From an uncultured Gammaproteobacteria bacterium (GTDB lineage Bacteria; Patescibacteriota; Patescibacteriia; Magasanikbacterales; UBA922): a DNA stretch of 64,000 nucleotides. The stretch is from positions 121,125-185,124 of the forward strand of contig CAYUTO010000001.1 in NCBI GenBank assembly GCA_964447765.1. The letters are read 5' to 3'. Position 1 is the stretch's first letter, and the number at the start of each line of letters is the position of its first letter. Below are positions 40,697 through 49,591 of this stretch, one piece after another. The position numbers and the translations under genes were made by a program. The notes under the pieces were generated by a model. It made no database searches and was not told the origin of the DNA. It worked only from the letters and a program-made list of their open reading frames with translations.

Positions 40697-40849
40697 ATGG
40701 ATTTCTTTACCGTAACAACCACCACCATGAGCTTGACCGACGGCGCATTGGATCTGATTAACTTTTTCAGCCAACTCTTTACCGTGTCGTTCGCGCTGGT
40801 ATTTGGTCTGCTTGCGGTGATCATCCTTTTACTCATCTTTAAAACATAG
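40697..40849 (+). CDS. Small hydrophobic protein (inovirus minor coat g7p/g9p-like), putative
   Basis: 50 aa with one TM helix. The ATG immediately follows the g5p-like stop. Confidence 0.35.
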   Translation: MDFFTVTTTTMSLTDGALDLINFFSQLFTVSFALVFGLLAVIILLLIFKT

Positions 40850-40852
40850 GCT

Positions 40853-40963
40853 ATGGCTGGTCTCATAAACAATCTATTCGAGGGATTCGGCCTAAGCCTT
40901 ATGTTTCCTCTCGTTCTATTCATAGTCGTCAGTGTCTTCTTGGCGATAACTTCGGGCAAATAG
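40853..40963 (+). CDS. Small hydrophobic protein (inovirus minor coat-like), putative
   Basis: 36 aa with a single TM helix, tightly packed with its neighbours. Confidence 0.3.
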   Translation: MAGLINNLFEGFGLSLMFPLVLFIVVSVFLAITSGK

Positions 40964-40964
40964 T

Positions 40965-41117
40965 ATGTGTTCCGCATATATCTTACTAAACAACTCGTGC
41001 TACGTAGATGATTTCCTCATGATAGGACAGGTCTACGCTAAAGCGATTGTTCTCGGTTTGGTACTTGGAACAGTGGTCGGCTTACTATTGTTATTCATAA
41101 GACACATAAAAGACTAA
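40965..41117 (+). CDS. Small hydrophobic protein, putative
   Basis: 50 aa with a TM helix. Its stop overlaps the coat gene ATG (taATG). Confidence 0.3.
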   Translation: MCSAYILLNNSCYVDDFLMIGQVYAKAIVLGLVLGTVVGLLLLFIRHIKD

Positions 41118-41392
41118 TGGCTATGACTGAGAAAATCAAAAGCCTTGTCCTTGGTACCAAAGCAAAAGTAACCGCATTCGGGCTCGCGCTCGCTGGTGGA
41201 CTTTTGGCTGGAACAAGTGCGTTCGCTGCCGTGGACGCTGATGTCGCCTCTACGACCGCAAGTGTGGTCGACACGATGAAAGAAAATGTGGTCGGTGTAA
41301 TTACCGCCAACATCTCAAATATCGTGATTGTAGGTGTGATCATCTTCTCCATCGGCTTCGTTTGGCGCCTTGCTCGTCGGTTCATGCGATAG
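41117..41392 (+). CDS. Inovirus major coat protein (g8p-like)
   Basis: Signal peptide. Acidic/amphipathic N-terminus, a hydrophobic helix IVIVGVIIFSIGFVW, and a basic C-terminus RLARRFMR. Confidence 0.6.
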   Translation: MAMTEKIKSLVLGTKAKVTAFGLALAGGLLAGTSAFAAVDADVASTTASVVDTMKENVVGVITANISNIVIVGVIIFSIGFVWRLARRFMR

Positions 41393-41473
41393 GCTTCGGC
41401 ACTGCGGGGGCTTGCTCTCAATAAGCAAAAGCCCCCGCAACGGTGCCTCATGACATACAGATAAAATATCCAT

Positions 41474-43183
41474 ATGAATATAGCATTAACAAAACACAAA
41501 GCGACGCTCATGATTGCGATAGTGATAGGCATAGGAGTGTCGTTTTTCATTTCAGGACAAGCAAAAGCGGATAGCCCTGTGGGTGACGTCGTGGAGTTTT
41601 CACCGTCCTCAAATTGGTATACCTGGTTTATTCGTACCAGCAATGAAACAGGACATGGACAATCATTCATCACACAAGCCGACACCGAAGCAATCAGCAC
41701 CGTTGCATTCAAACTTTGCCGTCTCGGTACGATTACCAAACCAAAAACATTAACACTTTGTTCGTCCGCAACAAATGGCTGGTACGGCGGATGTGCAAGC
41801 CCACTTGCAACAAAACAATTCACCGCCGACGAGCTTAATGAAATGATTAACTACGACGCAAGTTGCAATTCAAATGCGGAGGGTGGAGCAAACGACGGAA
41901 CATATTATCACTGGTCATATTTTACCTTTGATGAGCCCGTCACGGTAAGTGGAAACACCTCGTACTTTGTACTTCTAAACAGTGCCTCAAGTGCAGACAA
42001 TGAATCGGGTTCACTGCTTCGTACCATGTACAACAATGAAAACTATCTTGGTACCAGTGAGAACTACCCGAACGGACAAGAGTATTACTATAAAGGAGCG
42101 ACACGCTATACCTACGGTGCATCAACAGATATTTTCTTCAAAGTATTTAGTGCCGACCCGATAACTGTTCCGTTTGAAATTACACATCCCTTGCAAGATC
42201 AAGAAATTATCAATGACACATGGGTCACGGTATCAGGAACATGCCCCTACGTCGGAGAAAATAGAATCGGATTTACCGATGACTGTCTCGGGTTTGAAGA
42301 AATTGAATACACGGCGGCGTGTACCGAAGATCACACATTCTCGGCACAATTTTATCACACGAGTTTATCCGACAGAGTGATTGCGAGAGAAGTAGATAGT
42401 ATATCGGGCGATTGCGTTGATTACGATAATTTAATGGATTTCGTAACAGTCGACGGTATTGAGTTTGTCGACGGCTATCCCGAAGATTGGTATTTCAATT
42501 TCGGGATATATGACGATTATGATATTACGATTAAAAGCCCCGTGTTTGATGTCGCACTCACGCTTCCACGAGGCTCTACCTCAAAAGAATTTACATTCTC
42601 ATTCACATATCCCGAAGAAGCACTCGAAGACCTCACATTCGTGATTGCACAGTACGACCACGAGGGAAACTTGATAACGGATAATTTTCACACACGAACA
42701 CTCGAAAGCATGGCAGACACGAGCGATTATCAGGTAACGCTCTCCGCAACCACGACAGCATATCACTATGTTGTACAACTCATAGAAGACGCAACACTCA
42801 AGCGACAGTACCCATTTGGCATCTTTGTTTCCGACCTCGACTTTGTAGCAAATCCCGATGAAACAAATTATTTCTTTCCTCGCATTGTGACGGAACTACG
42901 AAAAAAGATTGTCTTCAATTACTACTTTGCGTTTCATGACGGCTTTTACAATATGTTCAACGGACAATATTCAAGCCCATCTTCAAACGCACTCGACATT
43001 ACATTCAAAAGTATGTCAGGAGACGGACAATACAATCTCGATGTAAAAGTATTTTCAGCAAGCGACCCGAGAGTAAAATCATTCACCAGTGCCATGCGTC
43101 CCTATATCGTCGCACTCCTGTGGCTATCGTTCGCCTTGTATGTGGTCTTTCGCATAACGCATCTATTTAGTGATAACGAATAG
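41474..43183 (+). CDS. Phage adsorption/minor coat protein (g3p-like), putative
   Basis: Signal peptide, large ectodomain, C-terminal TM anchor. Sits in the gIII position. Confidence 0.45.
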   Translation: MNIALTKHKATLMIAIVIGIGVSFFISGQAKADSPVGDVVEFSPSSNWYTWFIRTSNETGHGQSFITQADTEAISTVAFKLCRLGTITKPKTLTLCSSATNGWYGGCASPLATKQFTADELNEMINYDASCNSNAEGGANDGTYYHWSYFTFDEPVTVSGNTSYFVLLNSASSADNESGSLLRTMYNNENYLGTSENYPNGQEYYYKGATRYTYGASTDIFFKVFSADPITVPFEITHPLQDQEIINDTWVTVSGTCPYVGENRIGFTDDCLGFEEIEYTAACTEDHTFSAQFYHTSLSDRVIAREVDSISGDCVDYDNLMDFVTVDGIEFVDGYPEDWYFNFGIYDDYDITIKSPVFDVALTLPRGSTSKEFTFSFTYPEEALEDLTFVIAQYDHEGNLITDNFHTRTLESMADTSDYQVTLSATTTAYHYVVQLIEDATLKRQYPFGIFVSDLDFVANPDETNYFFPRIVTELRKKIVFNYYFAFHDGFYNMFNGQYSSPSSNALDITFKSMSGDGQYNLDVKVFSASDPRVKSFTSAMRPYIVALLWLSFALYVVFRITHLFSDNE

Positions 43184-43186
43184 CGT

Positions 43187-43432
43187 ATGTTTACTTTCAT
43201 TGAATCAATTCTTGTAAAAATTATCTCACTCTTACCCGACGCTGATCCGAATAATTCAGTTATTACGGCCGTCACAAACGCATTTGCCACTATGGCACCG
43301 ACATTCTCGCAAATTGACCTTGTCTTTCCGATATTCGTATTGTTCAAAGTATTACTCCTCGTGATGTTCGTGGAAATGACAATCTTCTTGTTTACGTTCA
43401 TTTTGCAGATTGCAACATTCTTTAAACCATAA
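43187..43432 (+). CDS. Small hydrophobic protein (g6p-like), putative
   Basis: 81 aa with two hydrophobic helices, between the g3p-like gene and the Zot-like gene. Confidence 0.4.
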   Translation: MFTFIESILVKIISLLPDADPNNSVITAVTNAFATMAPTFSQIDLVFPIFVLFKVLLLVMFVEMTIFLFTFILQIATFFKP

Positions 43433-43437
43433 CCTCT

Positions 43438-44154
43438 ATGATTACCATTGTCACAGGAAAACCAGGAGCCGGAAAAACACTCTTCATGACCTACAAAGCA
43501 CTTGAAATGTTTCTCAAAGGCTACGATGTGTATGCAAATTGGAAACTTGATTTCACAAGATACGTTCTCCGAAAACAGATTGATCTCAAAACCGTCGGGC
43601 GTGTCTACTTTTGGTCTGAAATACCTGAACTCTTACACATTAAAGGCGGACAGATATTTATTGACGAAGCACAAGGATACTTTGATAGCCGTGAGTGGCT
43701 CGACATGCCACCGTCGGCAAAACAAAAATTCTCCGCTCACAGACATGATGTAAAAACAGATGAAGACGGAAACATTATTCCACTCGATATTTGGGCGGGT
43801 GTGCAACACACAGGAAATATCGACAAACGTATTCGAGACTTGGGACAGCATTATTTGGAGGTACGAAATATCTTTCGTCTTGTATTCATGGCGTCATACT
43901 TCGAACTTCACGACCTCAAAGACGACATTGTAAAACGTCGAGCAGTAAAACGAACATTCTTTGTGATGAACAAAATGAAAGCAGATTGCTACAACACACA
44001 CGAAGCCGTGAACTTTATTGAGTACCCCGAGTTTCCATACCACCGAGAATATCCAAACACACTCTCAAACGACAATACAGGGCTTATTCCCGACACACCT
44101 GACACTCCACCATATTCGAAACAGCAACGCAAAAAAGGGAGTGGATCCTTTTAG
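43438..44154 (+). CDS. Zot/pI-family filamentous phage assembly ATPase
   Basis: N-terminal P-loop IVTGKPGAGKTLFMTYKA. Length and motif match the Zot N-terminal domain. Confidence 0.7.
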   Translation: MITIVTGKPGAGKTLFMTYKALEMFLKGYDVYANWKLDFTRYVLRKQIDLKTVGRVYFWSEIPELLHIKGGQIFIDEAQGYFDSREWLDMPPSAKQKFSAHRHDVKTDEDGNIIPLDIWAGVQHTGNIDKRIRDLGQHYLEVRNIFRLVFMASYFELHDLKDDIVKRRAVKRTFFVMNKMKADCYNTHEAVNFIEYPEFPYHREYPNTLSNDNTGLIPDTPDTPPYSKQQRKKGSGSF

Positions 44155-44492
44155 GAACCACTCCCGACCTGTTCTACTTGTTTGATGTAGAACAGGTGTA
44201 CCCGTTTCGGGTACTTTCGGACGGTCGTACCGTCCTTATCTTTCTTCTCAATGATAATGAAAGACTGAAGAGCTTTTTCACCCTTCTTTACTTGGTAGCC
44301 CATCTCGAGCCACCGATTATACGTCAAACAATTACTTTTTGGATCGTAATTGTTCGCGTCCTCTTCGCCGAAGCGAGCGAGAATCTGCTTGCGTACAAGG
44401 TCGGAAGTAATTTCCGAACCTTTCCATGTGGAAACGATTGCGTTTTCCATAGAAATAAAAAATACAGCCGAATTGATAACATCCGAAGACAA
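44151..44492 (-). CDS. Hypothetical protein (prophage-encoded, opposite strand)
   Basis: Clean 113-aa ORF convergent with the Zot-like gene. Confidence 0.35.
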   Translation of the reverse strand: MSSDVINSAVFFISMENAIVSTWKGSEITSDLVRKQILARFGEEDANNYDPKSNCLTYNRWLEMGYQVKKGEKALQSFIIIEKKDKDGTTVRKYPKRVHLFYIKQVEQVGSGS

Positions 44493-44635
44493 GGCTGTTT
44501 ATTGCCGTATCGGACAAGACAGAAACAAGCGTCTGATAGCTTGCTTTAGTCAAGGTGGAGACTTGTTACTACCTTTACCAAAGAAAAGCTGACGCTATAC
44601 TGCCTCGCCCTGATACGGAATATGAGCATTGATTT

Positions 44636-44721
44636 ACGGTATCCCGTACCGAATGGATACCGTCCCTCTGACAAACAATCTTTTTTTGGCGGCTGCCCGA
44701 CGACAAAAAAAGATTGTTTGT
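44636..44721 (+). promoter_or_regulatory. Hairpin cluster upstream of Rep; candidate phage origin / packaging signal
   Basis: Perfect 17-bp inverted repeat acaaacaatcttttttt / aaaaaaagattgtttgt (44671-44721) and cggtatcc/ggataccg (44638-44662), in the Rep 5' intergenic region. Confidence 0.4.
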
Positions 44722-44759
44722 GAGCGGTTTGTTGGTACGAACGAAATCGCTCTCTTAAC

Positions 44760-45569
44760 TTGATTATATCCACACATCTAACGAAAACTATGGCACATTC
44801 CTACACACTCAAAGTAGTGGTGTCGGGAAAGCAGGTTGAAGTGTACAAGTACACGAAAGAAGTTTGGCGGGATTTTGAATCAAAACCACAAAGTGACAAA
44901 CCTCACAAAGAGCCGAAGCAACTAAACATGTTTGAACAAGAAGAGTTAAGAAAAAAGAAAGTGCAGTATTCCATAAACAGAACCAAAACCGAGATACGCC
45001 GTCTCGTAAACTCGAACCCCCACCTCAACAAATTTATGACCCTGACTTTCGCCGACAACGTAACCGACCTCAAAACTGCGAACTACTTGTTCAATCAGTT
45101 TGTTAAACGTATCTCATACCGATACAAGAATTTTGAATACTTCGCTGTCCCTGAATTTCAAAAGCGTGGAGCCGTCCACTACCACGTGCTTTGTAACCTC
45201 CCATACGTTGAAATGGACGCACTTGAATACACATGGGGACATGGAATGGTAAATATCCGCAAAGTCGACGAAGTAAACAATCTCGGGGCGTATATGAGCA
45301 AGTACCTCGGCAAAGAATTATTCTCTGGTCGTATGTTTGGTAAGAAAAAATTCTTTCGCTCACAAACACTCAAGGAACCTGTTGAACTTATCTCATGGTG
45401 GGCGATGAAATTTATTGATAAGTTTCTTTCGCTTCTCAAGCCCGTGTTTGAAAAGAAGTTTGAAAGTGAATATATCGGCGAGGTGGAATACACGGCGTAT
45501 ACGCTTGATCGTATTGTATTCAAGGACGGCATACTCAATCCTGCCGTGTTAATGGGAACAGTATGGTAA
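44760..45569 (+). CDS. HUH rolling-circle replication initiator (Rep)
   Basis: Motif 2 HUH in AVHYHVLCN. Motif 3 with two Tyr, GAYMSKYLGKE. Confidence 0.65.
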   Translation: MIISTHLTKTMAHSYTLKVVVSGKQVEVYKYTKEVWRDFESKPQSDKPHKEPKQLNMFEQEELRKKKVQYSINRTKTEIRRLVNSNPHLNKFMTLTFADNVTDLKTANYLFNQFVKRISYRYKNFEYFAVPEFQKRGAVHYHVLCNLPYVEMDALEYTWGHGMVNIRKVDEVNNLGAYMSKYLGKELFSGRMFGKKKFFRSQTLKEPVELISWWAMKFIDKFLSLLKPVFEKKFESEYIGEVEYTAYTLDRIVFKDGILNPAVLMGTVW

Positions 45570-45727
45570 GCGAAGCACGTATAAAAGAGCTACAACTTAT
45601 CATAAAGGAAGAATACGGCGAGGATATAAGCTACGAAGAAACAAGCATTTTAGCGAATATACTTGTTCGATATTTTAGCAATCTTGAGAAGGCATATTTA
45701 TCTTGCAAAAAGAAAGAAATGTGGTAA
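45563..45727 (+). CDS. Small protein, paralog of 45871..46059
   Basis: 54 aa. Shares an EEYGE...S.EE pattern with the next small ORF. Confidence 0.3.
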   Translation: MVSEARIKELQLIIKEEYGEDISYEETSILANILVRYFSNLEKAYLSCKKKEMW

Positions 45728-45870
45728 AATATCCGTGCTACCCAATATACATTTTAGACAAAAGCTTTTTATATTTGTCCCCAGTAAGGGGCGGTTCTTG
45801 CCGATAAATATAGGCTTTTGTCTTGTTTATTGGGTAGCCAAGACCGTCCCTTTTTGTTTACAAAAAATAT

Positions 45871-46059
45871 ATGCAATTTACAAAAGAACAAGTTGAATCA
45901 TTCAAGGCATTATATAAAAAAGAATTTGGCGAGGAATTAACAGATGAGCAAGCTCAAATAGAGGCTAGTGATTTAATAGACATGCTCAAAGTCGTGTGTA
46001 AACCCGCAAAACGATCCATCTATGAAAAATTCGCAGCAGAAAAAAGAGCACTTAAATAG
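45871..46059 (+). CDS. Small protein, paralog of 45563..45727
   Basis: 62 aa with a KEFGEELTDEQAQIEASDLIDML segment. Overlaps the recombinase start. Confidence 0.35.
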   Translation: MQFTKEQVESFKALYKKEFGEELTDEQAQIEASDLIDMLKVVCKPAKRSIYEKFAAEKRALK

Positions 46060-47662
46060 TGGTACCAGACAATCTATTATTTTTTGTCGTGTATCCAGTA
46101 AAGAACAAGAAGAAACTGGATACTCTTTGCCTGCTCAAGAAAAATATTTGAAAGATTATTGTGGCAGAAATTCAATTCGCATTGAAAAAATATTCAAGAT
46201 ATCCGAAAGTGCGAGTGGCGAAAAGCAACGAAGTAAGTTTGCTGAAATGATGGGATTTGTCGAAAAGCAAGATATTAAGATTATTGTATGTGAAAAAGCC
46301 GACCGTCTCACGAGAAACTTCAAAGACATGGTAGCGATAGATCAATGGCTTGAGCATGATGAAAAACGAGAAGTCCATTTGGTAAAGGATAGTCTTATTA
46401 TGCACCGTGGATCAAAATCCCAAGAAAAACTTAATTGGGGTATTCGTATTTTGTTTGCAAAAAACTATATCGACAATTTAAGCGAGGAAGTAAAGAAAGG
46501 TCAGAAAGCAAAAGTTGAAGAAGGGTGGTTGCCAGTACGCCCACCACTAGGATATGCCACGATTGGCGAAAAGGGACACAAAACGCACGTTATCGATACC
46601 ACAGAGGCTCCACATATCAAAAAGATGTTTGAACTGTATTCTACGGGCAATTACTCGCTCAAAAAACTATCTGATGATTTGTACAATAATGGCTTTCGTT
46701 CGAAAAGCGGGAAAAAGGTCGGTAAAAGCACACTGCACCGACTTTTGGGCGATCCATTCTATTATGGACGCTTCCGCTGGAAAGGTAAGGAATATGCTGG
46801 CAAGCACGAGCCTATCATCACGAAAGACGTATATAACAAAGTACAGGATATTATGGTACGACCAATAAAGTCTCCAAGATACAGAAAACATTTACCTCTA
46901 TTTAAAGGTAAAATAAAATGTGGCGAGTGTGGTGGCACAATTACATGGGAACAGCAAAAAGGCTCATGGTATGGACATTGCAACAAGTACAAGCCTTGTT
47001 CACAAAAGAAATACATAAAACAAGAAGACGTAGAGGAAATGCTTGTACCCCTTATTATTAAAATTTCACCCAAGACCGAGCGTGTATTGGATTGGCTGGC
47101 AGATTCGCTCAAAGATACGCATGAGGATCAAAAAGAATACTCCGAAACAAAAAATACAGACCTAAATATCGAACTTGAAAAAATAAACAAACGGCTAAGC
47201 ACAATCTATGATGATAAGGTGGACGGCGTAATTTCCATTGATTTTTACAATCAGAAATTTGAAGAATACGTAGAAAAGAAAGAAAAAATACTTGAACAAA
47301 TAAATAAGCTCGAAGACAGTACAAATGACTTTTACAAGAAAGCTGTCGCAATCCACGAACTTGCATATCGAGCACGCCATCTACTTTTAAGCCCAAATAC
47401 ACAGGTAGAAGTAAAGCGAGATATATTAAGTGATATTTTTTCGAACTTTGAACTAAAAGACGGTAAGATAAGCGAAAAATATACTCCTGAATTTGAATTT
47501 TTGGAAAAATGGATGCCGAAGCTCAATGAAACTTTCGAACTGCAAGAAAATGGCTCAACAAAAGAAAAAACAGGCTCTTGCGAACCTGCTCGTTCTGTAT
47601 TGCTCGGGGACAGGGATTCGAACCCCGATAAAAGGCTTCAAAGGCCTCTGTCCTACCATTAG
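46022..47662 (+). CDS. Large serine recombinase (phage integrase type)
   Basis: Resolvase catalytic domain IIFCRVSSKEQ (Ser nucleophile). Recombinase domain, zinc-ribbon CGECGG...C, C-terminal coiled coil. The 3' end reads into tRNA-Gln. Confidence 0.75.
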   Translation: MKNSQQKKEHLNSGTRQSIIFCRVSSKEQEETGYSLPAQEKYLKDYCGRNSIRIEKIFKISESASGEKQRSKFAEMMGFVEKQDIKIIVCEKADRLTRNFKDMVAIDQWLEHDEKREVHLVKDSLIMHRGSKSQEKLNWGIRILFAKNYIDNLSEEVKKGQKAKVEEGWLPVRPPLGYATIGEKGHKTHVIDTTEAPHIKKMFELYSTGNYSLKKLSDDLYNNGFRSKSGKKVGKSTLHRLLGDPFYYGRFRWKGKEYAGKHEPIITKDVYNKVQDIMVRPIKSPRYRKHLPLFKGKIKCGECGGTITWEQQKGSWYGHCNKYKPCSQKKYIKQEDVEEMLVPLIIKISPKTERVLDWLADSLKDTHEDQKEYSETKNTDLNIELEKINKRLSTIYDDKVDGVISIDFYNQKFEEYVEKKEKILEQINKLEDSTNDFYKKAVAIHELAYRARHLLLSPNTQVEVKRDILSDIFSNFELKDGKISEKYTPEFEFLEKWMPKLNETFELQENGSTKEKTGSCEPARSVLLGDRDSNPDKRLQRPLSYH

Positions 47663-47673
47663 ACGATCCCCGA
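47603..47673 (-). tRNA. tRNA-Gln (anticodon UUG)
   Basis: Manual fold: acceptor TCGGGGA/TCCCCGA, anticodon stem-loop GAGGC-CTTTGAA-GCCTT, T-arm CGGGG-TTCGAAT-CCCTG, discriminator G. CCA is not encoded. Confidence 0.8.
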
Positions 47674-47761
47674 ATAAATTAAGTCGAAAGTGTAAAGTCT
47701 AAAAGTCTGTAAAGTCACATACAAAATACGTTATGACTTTATAGACTTTGAGGACGTTCGA

Positions 47762-48679
47762 CTAAGTCCGCAGATACCGTCTCATGGCAAGCATGCTCGA
47801 GAAGAGCGTGAGAAGAAATACTGCTCCGAATTGAATTCCAATCAGGAAGAGTATATGTGACGTGAAGTAATTTGTCAAGATTGCCTCTGACTCAAAAATG
47901 ACGCTTACATAGGGGTCGAGGAACTTGAGCGTGAACCATGCAATGACACTGGTAATGAAGACACTTATGACGGTAAAAATAAATGACTCCACGAGATACG
48001 GCCCACTGATAAACCAGTTGGTAGCACCCACCAATCGCTTGATTCCAATCTCGGTGCGCTGCGTATAGATAGCCACACGAATAGTATTGAAAATAATCAC
48101 AAATGCGATAATTGCAAATAGTGCGGTGAGCGCATACGTGAAGCGCTCGACCTGCACCGTTATTGTCTGGATTCGATCTATTGCAGTTTCAGTATCCCCA
48201 AATGTCTTTGCTTCAATAATACTTTCGTACTCAGGAACTGAAAGTGCAGTAATGATCTTCTGATAATCCTTTGGCTCTCTCGTTTTTACAATGAGAGTCG
48301 AGCCGAGTGGATTCCCTCCCAGTTCATCGAGGGACTCGATAATCTCGGTATTGCCGGAATAGGTATTTTTGAATTCTTCAAGTACTTCTTCTTTGGTCAA
48401 ATACCGCTCATCAGTAACTTCGGGAAGAGAAGAAACAAATGCTCGCACTTCTGCAATATTTTCATCAGTTGCTGTCGGGTCAAAATAGATACTCACATCA
48501 ATCTGGTCTTTCACCGACTGAATTGATTGATCAGTGAGTACGCGGACGATAATCAGTGTATTGATCGAGAGTAACATGAGAATCAAAATGAGTACGGTCA
48601 TAAATGACAAACTCATGTTTCTCACAATGTCTTGAAATGAAAATTTGATAATGCGACCAAGTGACATAAAAAAATTCAA
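47762..48679 (-). CDS. ftsX: Cell division permease-like protein FtsX
   Basis: Four-TM FtsX topology with a large periplasmic loop. Directly downstream of ftsE. Confidence 0.7.
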   Translation of the reverse strand: MNFFMSLGRIIKFSFQDIVRNMSLSFMTVLILILMLLSINTLIIVRVLTDQSIQSVKDQIDVSIYFDPTATDENIAEVRAFVSSLPEVTDERYLTKEEVLEEFKNTYSGNTEIIESLDELGGNPLGSTLIVKTREPKDYQKIITALSVPEYESIIEAKTFGDTETAIDRIQTITVQVERFTYALTALFAIIAFVIIFNTIRVAIYTQRTEIGIKRLVGATNWFISGPYLVESFIFTVISVFITSVIAWFTLKFLDPYVSVIFESEAILTNYFTSHILFLIGIQFGAVFLLTLFSSMLAMRRYLRT

Positions 48680-48695
48680 AACTTAAATCTCAAGA

Positions 48696-49376
48696 CTAAA
48701 TTCGATATCTTCCCTCACGCTCATCAGACACTACTCGTCCATCATGTAATACTACTACTCGTCGTTTGAGCTGATTTACGATTTCACGATTGTGGGTCAC
48801 GAGCATGATCGTGGTTCCAAATTCATTTATTTTTTTCAAAATTTCAATAATTTCCTGTGTATTAATGGAATCCAAATTTCCCGTAGGCTCATCTGCTACC
48901 AAAATTTTTGGTCGATGTACGAGTGAACGAGCAATTGCTACACGCTGCTGTTCCCCACCTGAGAGCTGATGTGGATAGCGCTCTACCTTGTGAGCAAGTC
49001 CTACAATTTCGAGTACCCGAGGAACAATTTGCTTGATTCGTTTTCTTTTTTCTCCTGCTACTTCAAGCGCGAATGATACGTTTTCTAATACCGTTCGTTT
49101 TGGTAATAATTTGAAATCCTGAAAGATAACTCCGATCTGGCGACGAAGCAATGGAATATCATGGAGTGAAATTTTGGTAATGTCCCATCCTCCAATTTCA
49201 ATAAATCCTGCAGTCGGACGTTCTTCTGCGATCAGCATTTTCACGAGTGTTGTTTTTCCGGTTCCACTTTGTCCTACGATTGATACAAATTCACCTGGTT
49301 CGATATGAAGACTTACTTCATGCAAACCAATGCTGTCGTGAGAGTAATGTTTGCTTACGTTTTTGAGCGTAATCAT
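48696..49376 (-). CDS. ftsE: Cell division ABC ATPase FtsE
   Basis: Walker A GQSGTGKTT, signature LSGGEQQRVAIAR, Walker B ILVADEPTGNLD. Confidence 0.8.
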   Translation of the reverse strand: MITLKNVSKHYSHDSIGLHEVSLHIEPGEFVSIVGQSGTGKTTLVKMLIAEERPTAGFIEIGGWDITKISLHDIPLLRRQIGVIFQDFKLLPKRTVLENVSFALEVAGEKRKRIKQIVPRVLEIVGLAHKVERYPHQLSGGEQQRVAIARSLVHRPKILVADEPTGNLDSINTQEIIEILKKINEFGTTIMLVTHNREIVNQLKRRVVVLHDGRVVSDEREGRYRI

Positions 49377-49591
49377 AAATAATTATACAAGTGAAATATA
49401 GTATAACATATTTGAGAATAGCGATACAACATGAAGAAGAATTGAAGAATAAAGATTGAAGATTGTGTAATCCTTTAGTCTTTATTCTTCAGTCTTTCCC
49501 CTATTTCACACCTCAATCGGCTCTACCCCAGTAAAAACGATAATTAGTGTGTCGGATCAAGCAGTACTCCCGCTTGATCCGACATTTCTCT

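Larger units (their letters stand above)
39440..47673. mobile_element. Integrated filamentous (inovirus-like) prophage with large serine recombinase, inserted adjacent to / into tRNA-Gln
   Basis: Canonical inovirus module (ssDNA-binding protein, small hydrophobic proteins, major coat, g3p-like, g6p-like, Zot/pI) plus HUH Rep and an integrase abutting the tRNA. The left boundary is approximate. Confidence 0.6.
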
